Shown: positions 29,896 to 37,820 of the stretch, in pieces
Layout: every line of letters begins with the position of its first letter
Position numbering within the stretch: the stretch's first letter is position 1
NCBI GenBank assembly: GCA_963674595.2
Contig: CAXXFV010000016.1
Coordinates: 768,001 to 832,000 of the forward strand
From: a bacterium
GTDB lineage: Bacteria > Zhuqueibacterota > Zhuqueibacteria > Residuimicrobiales > Krinioviventaceae
DNA: 64,000 nucleotides
Direction of reading: 5' to 3'
Made by a program: the position numbers and the translations under genes
The notes under the pieces: generated by a model
Told to the model about the DNA's origin: nothing
What the model saw: the letters and a program-made list of their open reading frames with translations, nothing else
Database searches by the model: none

Positions 29896-30814
29896 CGATA
29901 ATTCCTTTCTGTGATATTGTTAACGGTACTGTTTCATATTTACTAAATTTTTCTTTTAAAGTTCCAATTCCAACAACGCAGTCACCTAAACCGGACCCGG
30001 AAATTTTGGAACCATATATTCCGGCATCTTCCCGGAGGGCATAAACAATTTCGGACAATTTTTTATTATTCACACCGATGGCATCCATGAGGCCCTGGTT
30101 TACATTCAGGATTTCCCCAAGTTGTTCCCAATCTTTTTTTTCAACAGCAGGAATGGCCTGAAGAACACTTGTTTCCATGATCTGGTAAATAGGGTTGTAT
30201 ATTTTTAAATTTTGATCATAGCGATGACTGACCTGACTGATGACCTCGGTTGTCGGCATTTTACTGCCGGAATAAATAACAGTTATGGGGAAAATAGTGC
30301 TTAGTTTTATCCAGTCCTGTGGTTCATGGCGGTAAGCCAGCACACCACCGAATATACTTGCCGCCAGGTCTGCACCGGAACCGGTACCCTGGACCTCTTT
30401 AATGGTTTTTAATCCCTGGGTAAAAATTTGTTTACGATTAAGTTGTTGATTATTTAGCAGGGATAATGCTGCCGTTATTGCGGCTGTTACAGCGGCTGAA
30501 GATCCAAGTCCGACATGCGGAGTAAAATCCGATTGGATGTCCAATCGTAACCCTGTTTTTAGATTTTCTTTTTGCCTGGAAATAGCCGTTAAAATAAATT
30601 TAAAATTGGGATGCGGTGTCAGGTTTCCAAGAGTTGACGAATATTCTCCGATATCAGAAAAAATTAGAATTTTATCATCTTTTTGTGGTGTGATTTTAAT
30701 GGTTATCCTTTGGTTAACGGCACATACCATAGACAAAAAGCCGTGTAAAACAGCATGCTCTCCAAGCAGCATAAGTTTCCCCGGTGCTGATATTCTAAAC
30801 GATTCTTGCACCAT
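29888..30814 (-). CDS. mvaK2: Phosphomevalonate kinase (GHMP kinase)
   Basis: APGKLMLLGEH, GLGSSAAVT, QGTGSGAD, KISGSGLGDC. Start MVQES after AAGGAG. Operon position supports the call. Confidence 0.8.
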   Translation of the reverse strand: MVQESFRISAPGKLMLLGEHAVLHGFLSMVCAVNQRITIKITPQKDDKILIFSDIGEYSSTLGNLTPHPNFKFILTAISRQKENLKTGLRLDIQSDFTPHVGLGSSAAVTAAITAALSLLNNQQLNRKQIFTQGLKTIKEVQGTGSGADLAASIFGGVLAYRHEPQDWIKLSTIFPITVIYSGSKMPTTEVISQVSHRYDQNLKIYNPIYQIMETSVLQAIPAVEKKDWEQLGEILNVNQGLMDAIGVNNKKLSEIVYALREDAGIYGSKISGSGLGDCVVGIGTLKEKFSKYETVPLTISQKGIIVD

Positions 30815-31799
30815 TTGCTTCTCCTTTAAGAGTAAACCACGGATAGTTATAATGCTCACAAATTTTTTTGGGCGGTTCTTCGTCAAAGATCAGAACCATA
30901 CCGGCGTTTTCTCCTTTTATCGCGCCTGCCCCGGATATTTTCGCTGATGCTCCGGTTTTTTCAATATCTTTAATAAAACTTTGAATTTTTAAAGGAACCA
31001 CACCGATTTTCACCAAAAGTTGATGGTTTTTTTTAATCAGTGCACGAGTTGTATTTAAATTATTTTCCAGAATGGCCTGTTCCAGAGCACAAGTTGTCGA
31101 TTCAAAATCCTGCCAGACAGAATCGTTTTTAAATTGCGTGGCAACCTGAGAGACACAATCGCTGGTTGTGCTTTCGGGCTTTCCGGTAAACACAACATAG
31201 GCAGGCAAATTCGGCATGGGAATATCTGTAATGTCCCGGTTTTGATAACGAATAAAACCGCCGTGAAAGGATATATATGGGTCCACGCCGCTGGAATAAC
31301 CATGATAAAAATTTTCGGCCCGTAATACAAAATCCAGAAATCTCTTTTTTTCAAAGTTTAGTGAAAAAAATTCCGTCATTAATTTAAAAACACTGACCAG
31401 GGTTGCTGCCGATGAACCCATCCCTGAGCCAATTGGTATTTGCGACGAAAGTTTGATATGCAGACCTTTTTGAATTTTTACATCAAATTCCTGGATAAGA
31501 ATATGCAACAGATAAATATAGGCATCCATTGGGGTGGTGAGAGTATTGTTTTCTGAACTTTTGTTATGTACAAATGAAAGGTATCGTTCTTCAACGAGTG
31601 AAGCGATTTTTGAAATGGCATCCGGCTCTGTTTCAGATGAAATGCCGATATCCGGGCAATCAAATTTTATTTTACAAGATTGTTCTTCAATACTTTGTGC
31701 CTGTGCAAAGCGATCGACTGCCATGACCAGGGCCGGTTTTCCGTAGACAACGGCATGTTCTCCACTGAGAATAATTTTTCCGGGTGCTAAAACTTTCAA
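30795..31799 (-). CDS. mvaK1: Mevalonate kinase
   Basis: APGKIILSGEHAVVYG, PIGSGMGSSAA, HGYSSGVD, KISGAG. Confidence 0.9.
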   Translation of the reverse strand: MKVLAPGKIILSGEHAVVYGKPALVMAVDRFAQAQSIEEQSCKIKFDCPDIGISSETEPDAISKIASLVEERYLSFVHNKSSENNTLTTPMDAYIYLLHILIQEFDVKIQKGLHIKLSSQIPIGSGMGSSAATLVSVFKLMTEFFSLNFEKKRFLDFVLRAENFYHGYSSGVDPYISFHGGFIRYQNRDITDIPMPNLPAYVVFTGKPESTTSDCVSQVATQFKNDSVWQDFESTTCALEQAILENNLNTTRALIKKNHQLLVKIGVVPLKIQSFIKDIEKTGASAKISGAGAIKGENAGMVLIFDEEPPKKICEHYNYPWFTLKGEANGARIV

Positions 31800-32962
31800 T
31801 CAATTCTCTGATAAATACGTTGATGGTCTTTTATTCCGGCCAGTCGAAATTTTCCGGTTTTAAATTGTGGTGTAGAAAATTCACTGCCGTCTTGTGGTAA
31901 AGAGAATGTGTAGAAATTTTTATACTCATCCAGTGAGAGTTCTCGTCTTTCATCTATTAAATTTTTATGGTGTTCTTTATGCAGAAAACTCTTGTAATCT
32001 TTTTGTACGATACCACTGAAAAATTCACCAACACAACCGGAACCATAACTAAAGAACCCGATTCGTTTATCACCGAGATTTTCGTTAAAATTTTCCAGTA
32101 ATGAGGTTAATCCGATATATAAGGATGCTGTGTAGGTATTTCCGATCTGTTTGTTATAGTATAGAGTTTTTTCAAGCGGGGCAGAAAAATCGTTTTGCAG
32201 GTTTTTATCGGTTTTTAAAAGAAAGGAGTGGGCTTTTTCGCCCATACGGGAAAAAGGAAGGTGATAACAAAATGCATGAAAATCCGACAGGGACAAATCT
32301 GTTTGATTTTGATAGTGTTCCCAAGCCGCGAGAAGTGATTTGATGTAAATTTTTACAGAGTATTTTCCATCAACAAGGGCTTCGTCACGATAATTTGGGC
32401 GCCAAAAATCCATAACATCGTCTGTATAGATTCCTGTATATGGTTCAAATGCTAAAATTGACGGTTGTGTGGATAAAAGCATTGCCACAGCACCGGCTCC
32501 CTGGGTAGGTTCTCCCGCGTTGTCCAGTCCATATCTCGCAACATCTGAAGCGATGAGTAAAACCTTTTGGTCCGGTTTTGCCAATAAATAGGGGAGGGCC
32601 ATTTGCAAAGCCCCGGTGGCACTATAACAGGCCTGCTTTACCTCAAATATCCGGCATTGTGAAGAGAGGTTTAACAGTTTATGAACATATATGCCCGCTG
32701 CTTTTGACTGGTCGATACCGGATTCTGTTGCAAATATCAATGTGCTTATGGTTTCCGTATCATCGCGGTCTTTTAAAATTTGTAATGCAGCGTTGGCCGC
32801 CATAGTAACAATGTCTTCATCCGGAGGCGGAACGGCCATTTTTTCCTGTCCGATACCGGTATAAAATTTTTCAGGCTCGATACCTCTGGCATTTGCCATT
32901 GTTTTCAAATCTAAATAATAATGGGATGAATAAAAACTGATCTGCTCAATTCCGGCATGCAT
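31796..32962 (-). CDS. mvaS: Hydroxymethylglutaryl-CoA synthase
   Basis: TESGIDQSKA, KQACY (catalytic Cys), GEPTQGAGA, DFWRP, SYGSG. Confidence 0.96.
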   Translation of the reverse strand: MHAGIEQISFYSSHYYLDLKTMANARGIEPEKFYTGIGQEKMAVPPPDEDIVTMAANAALQILKDRDDTETISTLIFATESGIDQSKAAGIYVHKLLNLSSQCRIFEVKQACYSATGALQMALPYLLAKPDQKVLLIASDVARYGLDNAGEPTQGAGAVAMLLSTQPSILAFEPYTGIYTDDVMDFWRPNYRDEALVDGKYSVKIYIKSLLAAWEHYQNQTDLSLSDFHAFCYHLPFSRMGEKAHSFLLKTDKNLQNDFSAPLEKTLYYNKQIGNTYTASLYIGLTSLLENFNENLGDKRIGFFSYGSGCVGEFFSGIVQKDYKSFLHKEHHKNLIDERRELSLDEYKNFYTFSLPQDGSEFSTPQFKTGKFRLAGIKDHQRIYQRID

Positions 32963-32973
32963 AGTCTGTCCTC

Positions 32974-34023
32974 TTATACTATCACCTGTTTGTTTAATAT
33001 AAGTGTTGAATTATTAAAAAGTTGATTTACATTATTAATGCCCATTAAAAACATGGCGGTTTTAAATTCTTTTAATAAATTTTGGATGATTGTTATAACC
33101 TGTTCCGCAGATTGAGTTGCCGGTTCAAGAAATGGTTTTGCCATACCGCACAGAGATGCGCCCAGGATGATGGATTTAACCATATCTATTCCGGTTTTTA
33201 AACCGCCCGATGCAATTAGTTTGATTTTATTATTATCTACAAAGGGTTTAAGCTGAGCAAGGGCCAGGGGAGTGGGAATACCCCAGTCCTGAAACTGTAT
33301 TCCTGTATTATTGGGCTCTTGGTTGTTTTGTCTTTTACTTTCGATACGACTCCATGAAGTCCCGCCCGAACCGGCAACATCAAAATAATGAATGTTATTG
33401 GCCAGTCCTAATTGGATGTCCTGGGGAGACATGCCGCAGCCCACTTCTTTTAAAATAACAGGTTTGTCTATTTTTTTAGTTATGTCACCTATCTTTTTAA
33501 TCAAACCCTTAAAATTACAATCCCCTTCCGGTTGAATAATTTCCTGAAGGGGATTTAAATGAAAAAACAGACCATCTGCCTGCAAAACATCGATTGCCTG
33601 CTGACATTGCTGTTCATTAAAACCATAATTTAACTGGACGGCCCCGATATTGGAAAACAGTAGGGCATTGGGTGCATATTGGCGAAGTTCGAAACTTGGT
33701 TTAGAATCCGGATTTGAAAACAAGACCCGTTGCGAACCTACTGCCATGGCGATGCCGGTTTGTTCCGCTGCAATAGCAAGATTTGTATTAATTTTTTTAA
33801 CCATTTCATGGTCGCCGCCGGTCATGGAAGATATAAGCAACGGGAAGGACAATTTTTTGCCCATAAAATGGGTTGATGTATCTATTTCATCAAAATCAAG
33901 TTCCGGCAACGCCCGGTGCGTTAACTGGATAGCGTCAAAATACGCTTTATTGCGGTCTGTTTTTTGGTCATTCAGGATAATGTCAATGTGTTCATATTTT
34001 CGGCTATTTGTATACGAACTCAT
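32974..34023 (-). CDS. fni: Type 2 isopentenyl-diphosphate delta-isomerase
   Basis: RKYEH, SSMTGG, VGSQR, HLNPLQE, KEVGCG, GSGGTSW. Confidence 0.96.
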   Translation of the reverse strand: MSSYTNSRKYEHIDIILNDQKTDRNKAYFDAIQLTHRALPELDFDEIDTSTHFMGKKLSFPLLISSMTGGDHEMVKKINTNLAIAAEQTGIAMAVGSQRVLFSNPDSKPSFELRQYAPNALLFSNIGAVQLNYGFNEQQCQQAIDVLQADGLFFHLNPLQEIIQPEGDCNFKGLIKKIGDITKKIDKPVILKEVGCGMSPQDIQLGLANNIHYFDVAGSGGTSWSRIESKRQNNQEPNNTGIQFQDWGIPTPLALAQLKPFVDNNKIKLIASGGLKTGIDMVKSIILGASLCGMAKPFLEPATQSAEQVITIIQNLLKEFKTAMFLMGINNVNQLFNNSTLILNKQVIV

Positions 34024-35063
34024 GCTCTCTCCAATTTTTCATGGGCGCGCATTAATTCCCCTTCATTTGTAAGTGCTGCCAGTAACGATAGTTCACCGCA
34101 TAAAATCACGGCCGCTGCAATGGCTGCCAGTCGTTTTGCATTTTCACCTGGTTTACGTTCATCCAGGCATCCAAGCATTTCCAGATTTTGCCGGACAAAA
34201 TTTTGGTCCTTTCCATTGCCAACTGTTCCAACAATAATATTGGGCAAGGTAACTGAAAAGTAAAGGTCGTTTTCGCGTTTTTCAGCAAAAGTAATCCCCT
34301 GCGATCCTTCAACAATATTAGCAGCATCCTGACCGGTTGCCAGATAAAAGGCCAGCAGCATATTGGCGTAATGGGCATTTGCTGAACAGAGACTTCCTGC
34401 AACAATACTGCCGATAAGATTTTTTTTTGTGTTTATTTCTGCTATTTTTTCAGGAGTTGTTTTGAGGAACCGCCTGCATATTTTTTCAGGAACAAGTAAT
34501 TCGGCAATTACTTTTTTTCCACGACCTGCAATGCTGTTAATAGCGGATACTTTTTTATCGGTACAATAATTTCCGGAAACAGACACGTATTTTAAATCAT
34601 TAAATGTTTCTAAAAGCCATTTCAGTAAAGCATCTGCTGCTTTGGTCACCATATTATGACCGGAAGCATCGCCTGTTTCAATTTCCAGGCGTATGTATAA
34701 AAGTGTTGAAACAACCTGAATTTGAATATTTTTAAATTTGGCAAACCGGCTTGTCTGACTGACAACCTTTTCTAACGTTTCCCTGCTGTTTTCTATCGTT
34801 TGGGAAATTTCGAATGCTCTGGCGGCTGTGTTTGCTTCCACTAAAACAGACCGGGCCATTTGGTCCTTAAATAATACCACATGAATACCGTCCGTCAAGG
34901 TTGATACACGTGCACCTCTGTTGACTGAAGGCCAGAGAGGCGTTTCAAATGTAGCAAGCGGTACGTTAATTTTATCATTTATAACCGGACCTTTAATTAA
35001 AAGAGGTCCTATGTTACGCATTGGAATTGTTGCGGTCATTTTATTTTCTGGATTTGTCATCAT
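34020..35063 (-). CDS. mvaA: Hydroxymethylglutaryl-CoA reductase (short class I type)
   Basis: PLATFETPLWPSVNRG, TGDASGHNM, SGNYCTDKK, TGQDAAN, GELSLLAA. True start probably 35063, 35060 or 35039 (track start 35141). Confidence 0.93.
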   Translation of the reverse strand: MMTNPENKMTATIPMRNIGPLLIKGPVINDKINVPLATFETPLWPSVNRGARVSTLTDGIHVVLFKDQMARSVLVEANTAARAFEISQTIENSRETLEKVVSQTSRFAKFKNIQIQVVSTLLYIRLEIETGDASGHNMVTKAADALLKWLLETFNDLKYVSVSGNYCTDKKVSAINSIAGRGKKVIAELLVPEKICRRFLKTTPEKIAEINTKKNLIGSIVAGSLCSANAHYANMLLAFYLATGQDAANIVEGSQGITFAEKRENDLYFSVTLPNIIVGTVGNGKDQNFVRQNLEMLGCLDERKPGENAKRLAAIAAAVILCGELSLLAALTNEGELMRAHEKLERA

Positions 35064-35225
35064 CAAGTGTGTTTGAATAACACCGGCCCTTGGATTATTA
35101 TTTCCAATTCTATCAAGTTGCTTTAAACCTAAATATAACAATATCTGGAAAAAAACAAACGATTAATTAACATTAATGTTGTCGGAGAAAATTAAAATTA
35201 ATACCTTTTAAAAATCGGGAGAACT

Positions 35226-35876
35226 ATGGAAATATACGATTATCTTTATAAAAAAATATCTCAAAATCAATGTTGTCTGTATCAACTTTGGGAGCCGGAT
35301 GGTACAGCCGTTGTCATTGGTTATTCACAGGTGGCTTATCGGGAGGTCTTTGTTGAGCACTGCCGACAAGACGTTGTTCCCATTATTCGCAGGCGGGGAG
35401 GAGGTGGTGCCGTTACATTAATCCCCGGGATTTTGTGTTTGTCCATTGCTTTTAAAAGTGATGTCAGTATTTCTCCGTATTATTTTTTTCAGCGTATAAA
35501 CGAGTTTATTATATATGTGCTGGAAAATGATTTCAAGGTTAAAAATTTAAAACAACAGGGGATTAGTGATGTAACGATTGGTGATGAAAAAGTATTAGGC
35601 TGCTCGATTTTTAAATCGAAAAATACCTTTTTTTATCAGGGATCGCTGCTGGTTGACCCGGACATGAGTACCATTGTCAGATATTTAAAATTTCCTTCAA
35701 AACAACCGGATTATCGAAACAGCAGACCGCATAACAGTTTTATTACTTCTTTAAGGCTGAATGATTATGATATATCGGTCGAAACGTTAAAGGCAGCTTT
35801 TGCAGTAAGGCTGGAAAAAAGTTTAACAAAAATTGTAACCACCCCGGAACCGGTTGCTGTTATTCTCGAAAGTTGA
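35226..35876 (+). CDS. Lipoate-protein ligase A / BPL-LplA catalytic-domain protein
   Basis: IIRRRGGGGAV, GISD...KVLG, PSKQPDYR. Confidence 0.8.
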   Translation: MEIYDYLYKKISQNQCCLYQLWEPDGTAVVIGYSQVAYREVFVEHCRQDVVPIIRRRGGGGAVTLIPGILCLSIAFKSDVSISPYYFFQRINEFIIYVLENDFKVKNLKQQGISDVTIGDEKVLGCSIFKSKNTFFYQGSLLVDPDMSTIVRYLKFPSKQPDYRNSRPHNSFITSLRLNDYDISVETLKAAFAVRLEKSLTKIVTTPEPVAVILES

Positions 35877-36693
35877 AAAAGAAATACCCGGATGTAAGAA
35901 CCCCCAATTCAAAAGCCACATAAGAGATGCTGGAAAGTCTGTCATAATATTCGGATTGGTCGAAATGGTAATCCATATCCTTTGGATATGTAGCGGACAT
36001 GTATTTATCATATTCATTGTTTCCTTTATCCCGAAAATAGACTGACGTAACACCCGACAGAACTGTGAATCCAAGGCTGAGATAAAGCGCCTTTTTATGC
36101 TTTGTTTTCGAATTGTTAATATTTTTATCTGATATTATTGCCGTATCATTGGGGCTGTCGCTTTTTTCCAAATGAACCAGAATAACATCAGGTTCTGCGG
36201 TTGTTGCTATATTTTTTAAAACAGTTTGAAATCCTGTTTTTTGAATTTCTATATTTAAAGGTCCTTCCTTTGGTATATCAATCAACAAGGGTGTTTTCCC
36301 TGCTTTCTCCTGATTTATAAAAATATCCGCACCGTATGGAATAGAGTTGACAAGTTTTTTTTGTGGAAATGTTGCGTCCAGATAACAATGCTGTTGTGAT
36401 TTTAAATGAATTGTTTGTTTAAAAGCGCTGATATTCCATACAGGCCATTCCGGCGGCAGTACGGTTATTGTATGTTCTTCACAGTTGGTTGGAAATTCAT
36501 ATAGCGGAGTGTACCCGATCAGGTCTTCATCCAGATATATCGGCAGACTGTCTTGTTGGGCAGAAATATGAATGAACGCTGTGCAGGTGTCTGTGTCTAT
36601 CCTGTTCAAATTGTCCGGCTGAGAATAGACGACGGAGTATAAAAAGGTAAAAAAGATGATTTGTAAGATTTTATTTTTTAAAATATTATTCAT
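35860..36693 (-). CDS. PEGA-domain protein with C-terminal hydrophobic segments
   Basis: Signal peptide; two PEGA-like repeats (IYLDEDLIGYTP; NSIPYGADIFINQEKAGKTP). Confidence 0.75.
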   Translation of the reverse strand: MNNILKNKILQIIFFTFLYSVVYSQPDNLNRIDTDTCTAFIHISAQQDSLPIYLDEDLIGYTPLYEFPTNCEEHTITVLPPEWPVWNISAFKQTIHLKSQQHCYLDATFPQKKLVNSIPYGADIFINQEKAGKTPLLIDIPKEGPLNIEIQKTGFQTVLKNIATTAEPDVILVHLEKSDSPNDTAIISDKNINNSKTKHKKALYLSLGFTVLSGVTSVYFRDKGNNEYDKYMSATYPKDMDYHFDQSEYYDRLSSISYVAFELGVLTSGYFFFNFRE

Positions 36694-37820
36694 TTTTTCC
36701 CAAAACAGTAAAGATAATGATTTTCACTGGCGAAGATTAAACGTTCATTAACAACAATAGGATCTGTGCGTATCCTGCCTTTTGCTTCAAAAGACCAGAG
36801 TTTTTCTCCCGTATTCAGATCAAGGGCATACATGTTTTTGTCCAATGAACCGATGAATACAATGTTTTTTGCAATCACCGGTGCGGTTGAAATGACGCTT
36901 GAAGCCTGGAACTCCCAGATGGTGTCTCCTGTGTTTTTATCTAAACAATAAACCAAATGGTCTGTTGAACCAAAAATTATTTTATCCTCATGCAGGGCTG
37001 CCCCGTTATAAATTTTTCCGTCAGTTTCAAACCGCCATTTCGGTAAACCTGTTGCTATATTGAGTGCATAAAAATTAAAATCAGTTGAACCAAAATAAAT
37101 TGAATTTTCATCTGCTGTGGCCGCAAAACGAATGGAACCTTGTGCTTTAAAAGTCCATACCGTATCTCCTTCGGTATTAAAAGCATAGAAAACACCATTA
37201 TCATCACCGACAAACAAAAATCCCTGGGCATAGGTCGGTGTGGAACGACTTTGCCCTGATAGCGGCCTGGACCACAGTTCTTTGCCATTTACAGCAGAAT
37301 ATGCATTTAAATTGCTTTTTACATCGGTTGTATAAATTGTATGCTGGTGCACCAGTGGTTCGGAAAAGGAATAGCTGTTTTGAACCTGCCATCGGCTTTT
37401 TCCTGTGATTAAATTGTATAATTCGAGAGAAGGCAATCCGATTCGTCTCTGAACGATTAAATTATCATTATATAATGCACAGGTTGTTTTACTCTGGCCG
37501 CGTTGTTTTAATTTGTCAAGGCTTTTACCGTCTTGCAGTCGCACACTTTGTATACGTCCCTCTAATGAACTGTAAAATATAATATTATTTCCGGCAATCA
37601 GCGATCTTCCTATGGCTGTTATTGCCCTGTGCCGCCAAAGTAATTCAAGGGGAAGAGATATTTCTTCATTTGAATAATTGGTGTGCTGTATGTTTTTACC
37701 GAGTTGCGGCCAGACGGGATTGAGCAACAGGTCCGGGCTTGTAATGGTCATTTTATTGCAATTCATTCCCCCCAGGACCAGCAATATGGCAAAAAACAGT
37801 AATGTGTATTTTCGTTTCAT
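36690..37820 (-). CDS. PQQ-like beta-propeller protein (BamB-like)
   Basis: Repeated YALxxxTGxxxW units; possible lipoprotein Cys (GMNC). Confidence 0.85.
   Translation of the reverse strand: MKRKYTLLFFAILLVLGGMNCNKMTITSPDLLLNPVWPQLGKNIQHTNYSNEEISLPLELLWRHRAITAIGRSLIAGNNIIFYSSLEGRIQSVRLQDGKSLDKLKQRGQSKTTCALYNDNLIVQRRIGLPSLELYNLITGKSRWQVQNSYSFSEPLVHQHTIYTTDVKSNLNAYSAVNGKELWSRPLSGQSRSTPTYAQGFLFVGDDNGVFYAFNTEGDTVWTFKAQGSIRFAATADENSIYFGSTDFNFYALNIATGLPKWRFETDGKIYNGAALHEDKIIFGSTDHLVYCLDKNTGDTIWEFQASSVISTAPVIAKNIVFIGSLDKNMYALDLNTGEKLWSFEAKGRIRTDPIVVNERLIFASENHYLYCFGKK

Noticed and set aside
35226-35876. Functional link between the LplA-like gene and the divergent mevalonate operon
   Set aside because: Only adjacency supports it; no shared chemistry is evident.
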